Shown here: positions 1 through 12,746 of the stretch, piece after piece | Position numbering within the stretch: the stretch's first letter is position 1 | How the letters are laid out: each line of letters begins with the position of its first letter | Source: the human T2T-CHM13v2.0 reference genome, Homo sapiens | Assembly (NCBI RefSeq): GCF_009914755.1 | Contig: NC_060934.1 | Reading direction: 5' to 3' (one strand) | DNA: 64,000 nucleotides | Notes under the pieces: model-generated | The model's input: only the letters and a program-made list of their open reading frames with translations | What the model was told of the DNA's origin: nothing | The model's database searches: none | Program-made: the position numbers and the translations under genes

Positions 1-936
1 TCTGCAAACAACATGTTTTATGGGAGCTCAAGGCAGTGTTCACCCATCAAGGCCTGACAGTAAGAGGAGGATGGATGAGGCCTTATCTCAGGCACACATG
101 TAACCTTCCCTGTTCCCTGGCCTGACCTCCCTCTGCACTCATTTATGAAAATGATTCATCTTTAAAGAGCTTCCTCGCTCTGCCTGCAGGCTGTAGATCT
201 TTTTGCACTGAACTTGTGTAGGCTGACGTTATAAACTTCGGTTTGTAAGCCATTTGGAGGGGCTTAATTTTGAATATTGGAAAAAGAAAGTACAATACAT
301 GTACTTCCTTAAAGGAACAGTCTCGTCCTGGGACTCTCTTCTACAGAAAGATGGTCCCAAGAGATCTATTGAAAAAAACATCATTAGGATTCAACTTGTA
401 TTTATTTTGCTAAAGTCTTGCCTCAGCACATTAAAGTAGAGAGTGGGCAAGTAGTGCTAGCATTGGGCTGACGTTATCATGCCATTCTCTCCCCATATCG
501 AGAAAGCGGCTTTGGAGCACACATTTCATATTGGTGGAGGGCACTGCAAAGGGTCTTATTTGTGTCAGGTCTGGTGGAAATCAGTAGGTTTCTCTAGAAT
601 ATTCCTTTGAACTGAAAAGCCTTAGGGAGTAAGGGGTATTAACTAGAAATAAGGAGAATAAGATCTCAACAAAAGTAGACATAGGAAAAGGGAGAAGAAG
701 ATGATATGAATTGGGTCATTTATTTAGCTAAATCTGTGAGTTGTAAGAGCCAGTATTTTCATAGTACTTGTGTGTGGGATCTCACATTGGAAATATGGCA
801 AAAAATAAATATGTGCGAGAGTTTGAACTTAAGAAAGAGAAGATAGAATAGGTTCATAGCATGGTTTTTAAAATTCAATTTTTTGTGTGTAACACGATTT
901 AAATAGGAATGAGATATCCTAGACTTGACATCTAGA

Positions 937-1158
937 TAGCTAGAGTGACAAACATTTTCTGTGTAGGGATAGATATTCACTTCTTTTAGGGCTTTGCAGG
1001 CCTTATGATCTCTGTCACAACTACTCAACTCTGCCAATGTAGCACTGAAATAGATGTAGTCAGTATGCTTGGACACGGGAGTTTTCCAATGAAACTTCAT
1101 TTATAATGCCATGAGGCAGCCTGGATTTGGCCTGTGGGCCACAGTTTGCCCATCCCAG
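937..1158 (-). mobile_element. MER58A (hAT-Charlie MITE)
   Basis: Matches the reverse complement of the MER58A consensus (ggctttgcaggcc..tctctgtcacaactactcaactctgcc..ggatttggcctgtgggccacagtttgcc). Confidence 0.8.
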
Positions 1159-2324
1159 TCTTAGATTACTCTGGCCTCACACCAAGCCTCAACTAGACCT
1201 GTGCCTGCTTCCATGTTCCTCGACTGAGACCAATGACAAAAGTGTAGCCATAACTAAAGAGTGGCATTTTGCTACTTAACAGTCATCAAAATGAGTCCCA
1301 TGGAAGCCTGTGTTCTGCAAGGTGGCAATTGGTGTTCCTCAAAAAAGGTGTCTGTGGTTAAGGAAATTTGGTAAATATGGGTGAGACTTCTTGGACTTAC
1401 AATTTTTAAAATGCATTGAGAATGTCAAAGAGAAGATGAAGGAGGCAACATTTCCCAAACCTGTTCATTCGTAGAAGCTTCTTGTACTCCTGCCTCTTAC
1501 CATCTTCAGAACACATCCCTGGGGTGTGTTCCCCAGGGAGATTAGAGTCTCTGATGTTGTCTACCCTGCCCCATGACAACAACCGGATTATGTGCTGCCT
1601 GAAACCAGATGTCCGCCCTATACAAGCTGGCTTCAGACACTCCCCCAAACTCCAAAAACCATTCAGGTAGAATTTTTCCTTTGTCTCTTATCCTGATAGC
1701 TATTTTTCTTATGCCAGCTTGCCTTTCCCTAATAGGTATTAGTGGAGCATGACTGTGTGCCCACTGGCCTTCCAGATGACTACAAAATAGCAGTAGTAGA
1801 AATGAGCTCTTCCTACATTCCATTTATTGGAATAATTACAAAGATTCCTGTAGAGACTTGCCCCCTGGCAATCCCTAATGATGTAAAGACCTACTCCAAG
1901 AAAGTTATGTCCTAACATCTTACCTGAAGGAGAGTTTTCTTGTGCTCATAGACAGCAATGATAAAACTTGGTGGCTGTGGGAATTCATAGAGGATGCTGG
2001 CTGTTCTCTGGCATAATGTTGTATGTGATGGAGTGCTGAGGAATTCAGCTCATCTCTGCTGAGCACCCTTCATGTCCATGGCACAGGGCAAAGTGGTGTT
2101 GAAATTAGTATAATCAATAAGGTATTGTTCTTGTCTTTGAGGAAATTCAAATTATGCAGGGATTAAAGGAATATAGTAGTAAAATTGTTTCAAATTGTGG
2201 AATCTAGAAAGGACACAGTTTCCTCAGGAGTAAGGGATGGTAATCTATGTGGTTTCTGGATTCCACAATCTTGCTTCAATCAGAGTAGCTCTGATGTTAT
2301 CTATTTTATGTACTAGAAAAATAA

Positions 2325-2515
2325 CAGGTGTTGGAGTCAGACACAACTCTTCTATTTACTATGGTGCTGCTTAATCCTTCTGAGCTTGTTTGCTTATCTA
2401 TTTAAAGTGAATAACACCCAGGCTTCACAGATTTGTTGTGAAGATGGAATAAATGAATTGTACATGAAGTGCCCAGCCCAGTTCTTGGCACACAGTAGCA
2501 CCTCAGTAAAGGCCA
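2325..2515 (+). mobile_element. MIR SINE
   Basis: ggagtcagac start, core-like segment, 3' end gtgcccagcccagttcttggcacacagtagcacctcagtaaa. Confidence 0.7.
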
Positions 2516-2940
2516 GCCAGGACAATAGAGTAGACCATGGTGAAAGCCACAAGAAAACTACAGCGTACTTTCCATTTTGTCTCATAAACAGTTGGGCTGA
2601 AAATATTTGTTGGGAAAAAAATTGAATAAAATACAAAGGAATGAATGAGAGAAAGGATTGTGACATCTGGCTGGGGGAATCTCAGACGGCCCTGCAGGAA
2701 GGGGAACATTTATATTGCACTTTTACTTCAGGTCCTGAGGACAGAGGGTTTCTTGCAACCAGGTGACTTAGTGCAGGGATGAAAGAGGTAGCCTGGGCCA
2801 CGCAGATGCCTCAGAATCTTTGAGAAGTCGTCTTTAGAGTGGCCAGGTGATATTAGGAAAAGACTTTCCTGGAGAAACATAGAATATAGGAGAATAAAAG
2901 AATGGGAGGGTGGAAGGATGTGGAGACAGCAAAAGAGGGA

Positions 2941-3004
2941 CACACACACATACACACGCAGACACACACACACATACACACGCGCACACACACACACACA
3001 CACA
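2941..3004. repeat. (CA)n microsatellite, interrupted
   Basis: Read directly. Confidence 0.95.
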
Positions 3005-3835
3005 GAAGCTACAGTTCTAAAACAACACAACAGCTGTATGGATGACAATCCTAATTTTATGATTTAATTTTCCTTCTAAGCAAGCACAGTGGGTTTTCTC
3101 TGATTCTTTACTCTGTAAATATAATAAATAGGTCTGTAACTATATTTTGCAGTCATTGATTTTTTCCCCCAAAATAGACAATTTAGAATACTTTTGAATT
3201 TAGGGACTAAGTTTATCCCAAATCCTCAATCCCCCAAATACTAATTGAATGGGAGACAGTTGTGTTTACCATTTGCGAGAGAAAAAAATTCAAATGCCAT
3301 TATATTGGATGCTATAGATGGGTAGAGGAAAAATTAGGTGAGAAAGAATAAGGTTAAGAGTGTCCTCAGGTTCTAAATACAGGCAAGGGAATTGCTAGCA
3401 TTCAATCTGAGAAATAGAAAAGACATTCTGTAATTTTCTTTCAAGTCTTTACTTACATGAAGCATGCCTCCCTCTTTCCAACACCTACACAGTGGATTTG
3501 ATTGAGGCCTGTAGCTTTTTCTCTATGGTTTCTTCTGTGAACCTGATAGTCTTATGGCAATATTGTGAATTGAAACAAAATCACAACTACAACCTGAATT
3601 TTGTTGGATTGTATTCCTATTTCCTTAAAAAACCCCTGCACCAATTACCTCCTCTCCCCTTCCCCACTTGCCCCCCATAACTAGAAGTTCCTGGGGACAT
3701 TGCACCTGCACACACAACATAACTCATCTGTGTCCCTTCCCTTGGAGTCAGGAGATTGGTTACTTTAATTCAGCTTCAGTCTGTCCCTTGGCTGGGCACA
3801 TCTTGCTCACTGGGTCTCTGGCACTGCTACAGTTA

Positions 3836-3994
3836 CAATCTACAGCTGCAGACCTCACCAATGAAGACCCTGGCCCTCTTAAAAATTTTATTTATAAACT
3901 CTGAACTTAACCATCACATACTTTCAGTTGTGCTTACTTATAGATGCTTTATTTCACCAATTAAACTCTTGGTAGAGTAAGTCGGTGTATACTG
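3836..3994 (+). repeat. Local dispersed duplication, copy A (paired with 5540-5701)
   Basis: cagacctcaccaatgaagaccctggcc..tttataaactctgaacttaaccatcacatactttcagttgtg..taaactcttggtaga is present at both sites. Confidence 0.95.
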
Positions 3995-4935
3995 TTGTGT
4001 ACCAAGGCTGGGTTTCAATGTGACAGTTGGCTGCCTGGATATGGCTTCCAGGCACTCAGTTCAACCAAGTCCTCCCTTTCTCTACCCCTGCAGATCTACT
4101 TATGTTCTCAATGGGCTTAAACCACACAATGCTATGGGATGCCTCTCTCTACTTGAGATCCTACATTCCATTGGTTGACTATGAGTCTTACAGGGCCAAA
4201 GATGGCAGGGAAATCCAAGTACCAGACACCAAGTTGCGTCAGAATCACTTGCTCCTCTAAAACAAAGTCTTTGTAATTGGGCTAAGTGTGCTTTCATGAT
4301 GATTCTATTCTCCCCAAGGAAGAATCATCCTGCAAGAGTCTCCTCAGCCATTATGCAAACAGATTTTTTATTCTTTGCCATTTTATTATTTCTCCAAGTG
4401 TACTCAGAAACTCAGGAACATCTTTCAATGACAGGTTTAGTTTAAGCTCAGTCTGAGATTCCCTTTCTAAATAAGAAGAACAGACCTAATATTTGCAGTA
4501 TCACTAGTGGTGTTCTTTCCTGTTATCTTGCTCTATAAATTGGAAAATGGAAAGACAAATCTTGGAGCTATTTCTATATTCAAAAATAGCTGTTTTAGCC
4601 TTAAAAAAAGAACAATAGAATCTGAACTGGAAGAAAACTTAGAGCTTACCTCAGGCAATAACCTCATTTCACATATGAAGAAAGTGAGTTCCAGCAGGAC
4701 CACATGCCTTATCCAATGTCCTCAACAGTTTTTTTCATGGCAGAATTGGGACCAGAATTCAGGTCTCATAATACTTGGTCCAGTATAATTTTGCACTATA
4801 TCATATTGCCCATCAGAAGTGTGTAGGTACCCTTTCTTTCAATTATTTTGTTGATCATTTAAGAAGAAAAAATTGATTATCCTTGTGCTCTTCTTTTTCA
4901 ATTAAATGGTGTACCTGAGATTCATCTGCAGCACT

Positions 4936-5278
<343 letters not shown>

Positions 5279-5539
5279 TCAGTGACTCAAGGCTAGGGTA
5301 TCCTACCACATACTTAGCCATGACCCTTTTTTCACTTCCTTTTTCCTTCAACTCCTTGGTTTTGAACCTCGACCAGAGAAGAATGGGGAAATAAAGAGCG
5401 ATAAAGATCAAAACAATGAGTGTAGCCATGTGGGAGGATAAGCATGCCATGGGGGTTTGGATGATCTGCAGATTGCAGTTACCTGTGTTCAGTTGTTGTT
5501 ACTACAAAAGGAGACACAAATGCCAGCATCTGCATGCAT

Positions 5540-5701
5540 CAATCCATAGCTACAGACCTCACCAATGAAGACCCTGGCCGTCTTAAAAATAATTTAATTT
5601 ATAAACTCTGAACTTAACCATCACATACTTTCAGTTGTGATTACTGATAGATGCTTTATTTCACCATTTAAACTCTTGGTAGAATACGTCTTTGTATGCT
5701 G
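5540..5701 (+). repeat. Local dispersed duplication, copy B (paired with 3836-3994)
   Basis: About 160 bp, roughly 85-90% identical to copy A by eye. Confidence 0.95.
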
Positions 5702-6375
5702 TGCATTTTGGAAACACATCAACTCCATGAGGTGAGATGTTTCCATCACTGGAAATATGGTTTGCTCTGTTTACTTCTAAGATATTGACTTCTAGATTCT
5801 TATTCTTTGATTTGAAATTTCCTGTTAGCCCAGTTACGACCTTACCATGGTTTTTACAGCATTTGCACAGATGCCTTCTTTTTCAAGAGGTCTCTGTTGC
5901 AGTTCTAAAGCTGTTGTAGAAGCCAGCTGAAAATCAATGAGGCCGAGTGATAGAAAAACCGCCCAGGTACCTGCTTCAAAAATGCTTTTGCATTAAGTCT
6001 GGTCTTAGTGCTAACAGTGGTATTCAAAAACTCGTCTGAGCCTTTTCATCTTCAAAGTTCTTGGCATACATTAACTAATTTATCCTTATAACACTCTTGT
6101 CAGGTAACAGGTATAATCACTGTGGATTAGAATATTCGGGGATACAGAAGTTATTAAAATCTTAGATTCTCGGTCTTCTCAATAATGCCTCCAAACAGAA
6201 GTCCCTTCAGTGGTAACCAGGTTTCCACAGTACTCCTGTTTCAAAGGAGATACTCCCTTTACTGGCTCCAAATTTTAAAAAGCGTGGATCTTAACAAGAT
6301 AAAAAATTGAATACCTATAAAATATCTACCTTACTGAGCTGCAGAGAAGTGTTATACTTTTCCTTTTGTTAGAAT

Positions 6376-6846
6376 AAATTAAGGTATAATTTACAAGTCA
6401 TTCTTTTTAGTGCATGCTTTGGCATGACTTTTCACAAATGTTTACAGTTGAGCAACCATTACACATAATTGAGACACAGAACAAGTCTATGACGCCCTCC
6501 AAATCCCCCCGTCACTTTTAGTCAATGTCTCCTCCTGCCCCCAATCACAGGCAATTCTGTCTCTACAGCTCTGCCTTGGCAAAAGAGTTATAAAGGTCAT
6601 CGTATAATATGCAGCCTTTGAACTCTGGTTTCTTCTATTTGGTGGAATGCTTTTGAGTTCATCCATGTTGTTGCATATTTTCGTAGTGTACTTGCAATGT
6701 TGGGAGGTACCACGGTTAGTTAATTGACTCTGCATATGAGGAACATTTTTTTTTCTAGTTTTTGGTGAATGCAAATGAAGCCACTAAAAACATTGTGTAC
6801 AGGTGGACATGCTGTGTGGACATGAGTTTTCATTTCTCTTGGGTAG
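6376..6846 (-). mobile_element. Old L1 (L1M) 3' fragment
   Basis: ttttgagttcatccatgttgttgcat..gtggacatgagttttcatttctcttgggta, typical of an antisense L1M 3' end. Confidence 0.8.
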
Positions 6847-7256
6847 GCTTATATTTTTAAAATTTACTTATCTTCAGGTGGAGAAATAAGAATCAATATG
6901 ACACACAAAGCAATGTACAGAAGAAATCATTGTTGACATCCTGGGTATCCTGACACTTAAACTTTTTGGATGACAGTTTCCTTAGATCCTAACTCACTAG
7001 GCACCCAGGGCAAAGAAGTGTGTCTTCAGGCTGCTTTCAAATACTTGGTATATGCAAGCACCTTTCAGTCATTTAACAAACACTGATTGAGCAGCTACTA
7101 TGTGCTAACCATTTCTTAGACACTATTCTTGATAATGAAGTAAGGAACAAGGATGTTTCTGAACAAATAATGACACATACTTTGCTGTCTGTATGCACCG
7201 GTATTCTCTACTCCAATTACTCTTTCATAAAGTCTCTCTTTGTCTCTCTCTTTCTC

Positions 7257-7338
<82 letters not shown>
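7257..7338. repeat. (TG)n(AG)n compound microsatellite
   Basis: Read directly. Confidence 0.95.
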
Positions 7339-7342
<4 letters not shown>

Positions 7343-8080
7343 AAAATGAGAAGACTTTCCCACAAATCTCCTATATCTTCTGACATGGAATGGTAAATTG
7401 CATTTCAATTATCTGTTAATTCCTTGGAAGATTTCAGAGCTTTCTTTGCGGCGCTTACTAATCTCTCCTATTATGACCCCAAAGTTGTGTAATAGATTGT
7501 GAACTAAATGGCATCATGCACATAGACCAAGTAAATCAGGAGATGGCCTACTGGTATGAGGTGAGAGATCCTTGGAAGAGTCCTGCTGAAAAATTTCATC
7601 CCCACTGTCTTGCTATAAATGTGTAAGATGCTGTTATTAGATTTTCCTGCTTTCTGTTCATCATTATTGTTGTTTTCAATAAAATGTCAGATTGTACTGG
7701 AAGGAAGAGTGCAGAAAACAACATTATCTTATTTGTGTTAACTAAGAGGAATCTGGACGCATGAAAGCCACTCCCAAGAAAGTAACTATGAGGAAAGGAG
7801 AGAGAAGGAACCAATAAAATTGGAAGCTTAGAGATGGGAATGTGTGAGAGGTAAACTCTTCACATTTTTGCCTGAAATTGATCTCCTGGGGAAAAAAGAA
7901 TGAAACTCTGTCAAATCATCTCTCTGTTCATTCCTTAGGGTGCTCAATTTTGCAATCAAATCAAGACATTGGCTAGGCCACTAGGTTTATTACCAAGTCT
8001 TCAATTCATTGAATAATTTTGTGGTTCTAGAAAAGAAATCAAATAAAATATTTTATCAACAGAATTGTCATATATGTGTG

Positions 8081-8380
8081 TATATATACGTATATATACA
8101 GTATGTATATATACGTATATATACAGTATGTATATATACGTATATATACAGTATGTATATATACGTATATATACAGTATGTATATATACGTATATATACA
8201 TTATGTATATATACGTATATATACAGTATGTATATATACGTATATATACAGTATGTATATATACGTATATATACAGTATGTATATATACGTATATATACA
8301 GTATGTATATATACGTATATATACAGTATGTATATATACGTATATATACAGTATGTATATATACGTATATATACAGTATG
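8081..8380. repeat. 25-bp minisatellite, 12 copies (TATATATACGTATATATACAGTATG)
   Basis: 12 units counted; one G>T variant at 8201. Confidence 0.95.
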
Positions 8381-8610
8381 TATATATATGTGTAGATGTG
8401 TATATTATATATACATATGTATATGTACATTATATATTCATATATGTGTATATATACAGCACACATATATACATATATTATATATACACATACATAATAT
8501 ATATACATATATAATATATATACACATATATAATATATATACACATATATAATATATATACATATATAATATATATACATATACACACACACACACACAC
8601 ACATACACAC
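8381..8610. repeat. Degenerate (TA)n/(CA)n low-complexity tract
   Basis: Read directly. Confidence 0.9.
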
Positions 8611-8859
8611 AAACTGGTTTGGGAAGCAGGAAAAGCTCTTAACACAACAACTGTAGAGAAGATGTTTGAAGTGATGGGGTTAGCCCTAGAGAGGAGGGTG
8701 GGCGTTTGTCTGTTAATGTACACTGAATAATCTGGGTTTGCTCTAAACATTTCCCATTGAAATACTGAATTATTCCAATCATCTGGGCTATGATTATTTT
8801 ATTTTATATGAACAGACTTTCAAAATTATGAAAAGCCCATTTCTTTCTCAAAAGGGCCA

Positions 8860-9185
8860 CGATCCCTCTTGCTGTCCCAGACCACCAGAGCTAACATTTG
8901 GTTCCGGTGAAATGGAAACCTCGAAATGACGAGTAAGGCATTTTCGGGGAACCGCCGCTCGCTCCTTTCCCTGATGAATTGTCATGCTCTTCTGAGAACA
9001 TAACCCATCAGTCCTCTGAAATAGGGGATCAGATAACCAGGTCATGCTCAGCTGATTTGCCAGCCGATAAATGGTGAACTTTACTGAGGCTCCCTGCCCA
9101 CAAGTTTCTTTTGAGAAGAAAAGGACCAGAGTCAGAGATAATGAGGCAGCCTCATGACTTTTAGCACAGTCATGGTTTCCTTGGC
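8860..9185. promoter_or_regulatory. Candidate enhancer (unique sequence, CpG retention, GATA and E-box motifs)
   Basis: Cluster of CpGs at 8860-8965, AGATAA at ~9031 and ~9136, CAGCTG at ~9049, AGGTCA half-site at ~9039; motif evidence only. Confidence 0.3.
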
Positions 9186-9934
9186 CCACACATTGATAGC
9201 AGTAACTTCCTTGTCATCATCAACATCCTATTTGTCCACTTCATCTGTAGCAGCAAATGCTGCCATAACAGAAACGATTAGAGGAACGGTGCCAGAGATG
9301 CAGTAAACATTCAATAAATATTAGAGAATGAGGCTAACAGCGATGATGAGAGCTATTCTCAGTGGTTTAAGCAATGTGCTTCAGGAGATGTGTTGCCTTT
9401 GCTACCAACCCGAAGTAGCATTCTACACACATGTAGCCTGATTAAATGAGATATCAATGTGGTTGTTCAGAGAGGGTATATTACAGAGGTCTTGTATCTT
9501 CTTGCTCTTACTGTGATCCATGAGTATTGCAAATAAGCACCAAAAAAACTAAAGACAGGTGAGTGAAATGTCAGTCAGAATTGCAGATTAGAATGAATCT
9601 GATTATAGTAGGACAGTAAGCTTGAGAAAAGTAGCAAGAACTCTGTTAGATGCTACACATAGGAGACTTTTTTTCTAGAACAGTGAAAGGATAGAGTAAG
9701 GTGGATTTTTTTTTTTTTTTCCTGTGGGGCTATGTTTGGGTTGTGATAGAGTGACAGTATAGTGGGGACCAGGGAAAGGAGATTTAGAGGACCTTTAAAA
9801 TTCACCCTCTAGGGAGAGAATTTGTCAATAGCAAATTGCAGAGGTGCATGCCGGGGGATGCACTCTTTTTGATTTTTAAGTCTGGGGTGATTATGATGTT
9901 TATAATACTAGTACTGCTAATAATAGTAGTTGTA

Positions 9935-10530
9935 ATAAGAGTTAATATTTATTGAGAATTTACACTGCTTGGGAGCTGTGATAATTGCTTAACATTTATT
10001 ATTTAATTTAATGCCTACTATATTAGTCTATTTTTACATTGCTATAAAGAACTACCTGAGACTGGGTAACTTATAAACAGAAGAGGTTTAATTGACTCAC
10101 AGTTCCACATGGCTAGGGAGGCCTCAGGAAACTTACAATTGTGGTGGAAGGCAAAGGGGAAGCAGGCATCTTCTCCACAAGGTGGAAGGAGAGAGAAAGA
10201 GAGCAAGTTTGGGAACTACCAAATACTTTAAAACCATCTGAGCTTATGAGAACTCACTCACTAACACAATAACAGCATGGGGGAAACTGCCCCCATGACC
10301 CAGTCACCTCCCATCAGGTCCCTTCCTTGACACGTGGAGATTACAATTTGAGATGAGATTTGGGTGGGGACACAGAGCCAAACCATATTACCTACAACAA
10401 CCAATTAAGTTGGATAACTACTGTTGTTGTAAGGAGGAAGTTGTGGCTTAGAGTTAAGTAAACTGCCCAACGCCACACAGCTTGCTAAATAGGGACATTT
10501 GAACCAGGTTCTGGAGTTGGACTGTGTGGG
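9935..10530 (-). mobile_element. MIR split by a THE1 LTR
   Basis: aatatttattgag..atttaatttaatgcctac resumes after the LTR as aacaacc..agttaagtaaactgcccaacgccacacagct. Confidence 0.7.
10019..10390 (-). mobile_element. THE1C/D-type MaLR solo LTR
   Basis: tattagtc..gagactgggtaa..gatgagatttgggtggggacacagagccaaaccatat; 5-bp TSD CCTAC. Confidence 0.9.
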
Positions 10531-10670
10531 TTCAGATGGTATCAAAAGGAAGGATGGACAGCTTTATTTTCAGGTTGATCTAAATGCAATGTAAAAGCGG
10601 CAGAGATAACATTATGATTAATATTTCCCTCCACATGTCTTTGCTTTTATTTTCTTTCAATCCTCTTGAT

Positions 10671-11077
10671 CAAGGGTCACAAACTATGGTTTGTGGATTA
10701 ATCTGGCCTGACACCGGTTTTCATAGGGACTGTGAGCTAAGAATGGTTTGTATGTTTTTAAATCATTGAAAAAATTAAAAGAATATTTGAAGAAATGTGA
10801 AAACGGTATGACTTTCAAATTTCAGTGTTTATACATAAAGTTTTTTATTTTTTCATATTTATAAGTATATACAATACAAAGAAAGTCAATTGTAAAAACA
10901 TTTTTCTCACATAAACATAAAGTTTTATTGGAACACAGAAAAGCCTATTAAGTATTGGCGATAGCTGCTTTCGATTTACAATGGAAGAGTTGAGTGGTTG
11001 TGAGAGGAACTATACCGTGTGCAAAGCCTAATGCATTTACTGTCTGATTGTTCACAGATAAAGCTTACCAATCTTTG
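10671..11077 (+). mobile_element. MER58B (hAT MITE) with a ~70-bp internal insertion
   Basis: caagggtcacaaactatgg..gagctaagaatggtt..ataaagttttattggaacacag; 8-bp TSD ct(c/t)ttgat. Confidence 0.85.
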
Positions 11078-11094
11078 CTTTTGATTGTTGAGAA

Positions 11095-11515
11095 TAAAGT
11101 ACTTAAGGAGAAAGGCTTTGTATTTTTAGTAGAGATCGGGTTTCAGCATGTTGGCCAGGGTAGTCTCGATCTCTTGACCTCTTGATCCACCCGGTAGGCA
11201 GTTGTTTCTAAGAGGTGACTTTAAGGGGCTTTGTCAGGAACTATGCCATGTCAACTCCATTACCTGCCATTCTACCTTCAGGAATTCTACCTTCTGGGAG
11301 ACTGCTGGGATTGTGTTCTGTCTCTCTCATTTGCTATGTAAGCTCGGTAAAAGCTGTTTAACCTTTTTACATTTCAGTTTCCGCATCTGTAAAATGGTGA
11401 TAATAGCACCAACTTCAAAGGATTGCAGTAAGGATATTAAATGAGATAATCTGGTAAGGAGCTCAGAACAATGTCTGGCACATGGTGAGAGCATACACAC
11501 ATGTTAACTAATTGT
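11095..11515 (+). mobile_element. MIR interrupted by a templated insertion (11117-11294)
   Basis: ..aggctttg | insert | ggagactgctggg..tcagtttccgcatctgtaaaatggtgataatagcacc..tgtctggcacatggt. Confidence 0.75.
11117..11294 (+). repeat. Duplicate of 12113-12283 (Alu fragment + TSD + unique flank)
   Basis: About 170 bp with about 14 mismatches (hand count). Confidence 0.95.
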
Positions 11516-11951
11516 TCGTATCATGCCAGTAAGTTTTTCCTATGACTGGTGCTTATCGCACTTGTTAACACCTGGTAGCTCCATCACTGAATTGTTCAAC
11601 TAAGTCAGATGCAACTCTTCTTGACCTCCATTACCTCTTCCCGAATCAGAACTGGAATGGTTTCCTTGGCTTCTCTTGGCTCAGGTCAGGAGCAGGCAAG
11701 GCAGAGATACCAAGTCCTCATGTCCATCTCCTCAACTACGGTTGACTCTATCCTCATTGGCTCCTACGGCCAGTGTAACTATTCAGGTGGGCATGGGCTA
11801 AACCCTGTGAACCTAGAGATTGAAGCCTGACTTGGTAAATGCATTCATGATCTCTAAAGGCTAGGAGACTTAGAAGGCTTAGACTGGGTCTACAAGTAAC
11901 ACTGAAGTAAATGAGCTGTCTCATGGGCAAGTGGGGTAGGCAGCTGTTTCT

Positions 11952-12188
11952 TTCTTTCTTTTTTTCTTTTTTTCAGAGTCTCGCTCTGTCATCAGGCTGG
12001 AGCGCAGTGGCACAATCTCGGCTTACTGCAACCTCTGCCTTCAAACCATTCTCATGCCTCAGCCTCCAAAGTAGCTGGGACTACAGACACGTGACACCAC
12101 GCCCAGCTAATTTTTGTATTTTTAGTAGAGACAGGATTTCAGCATGTTGGTCATGGTGGTCTCGATCTCTTGACTTCATGATCCACCC
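11952..12188 (-). mobile_element. AluSc-like, 5'-truncated
   Basis: ctcgatctcttgac diagnostic; perfect 17-bp TSD GGTAGGCAGCTGTTTCT at 11935-11951 and 12189-12205. Confidence 0.9.
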
Positions 12189-12452
12189 GGTAGGCAGCTG
12201 TTTCTAAGAGGTGACTGTAAGGGGCTTAGTCAGGAACTATGCCATGTCAACTCCATTATCTGTCATTCTACCTTCAGGGATTCGTTACTTCACCATAATG
12301 ATGAGGGCAGGGGTGGGGATGGGAGTGGGAGTGGGGAACACTTGGAGGGAGAGTGGGACATGGCACCGAAATCCAGTCTTGCCTACTTTAGAGTGTTGCA
12401 GGGGCCAACTCCAATTATGACGTCAGCATAGCATAAAGAAAGGGTGGGCTAT

Positions 12453-12746
12453 GACCAGGTGCAGTGGCTCATGCCTGTAATCCCAGCAATTTGGGAGGCT
12501 GAGGCAGGAGGATCACTTGAGCTCATTAGTTTGAGATGAGCCTGGGGAACATTGTGAGACCCCAAAGCTACAAAAAATTAAAAAGGCATAATGGCATGCA
12601 CCTGTAGTCCCAGCTACTCAGAAGGCTGAGGCTAGAGGATTGCTTGAGCCGAGGAGGTAGAGGCTACAGTGAGCTATGACTGTGCCACTGTACTCCAGTC
12701 TGGGTGAAAAAAGAGACCCTTTCTCAAAACAAAAACAAAAAAGAAA
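12453..12746 (+). mobile_element. AluJ
   Basis: ggaggatcacttgagc and gaggctacagtgagctatga diagnostics. Confidence 0.9.

Noticed and set aside
8001-8610. Long Y/I-rich ORFs and a superficially CRISPR-like palindromic array
   Set aside because: The ORFs are translations of a stop-free TA-rich VNTR. The spacers are a constant 3 nt, there are no cas genes and the DNA is primate.
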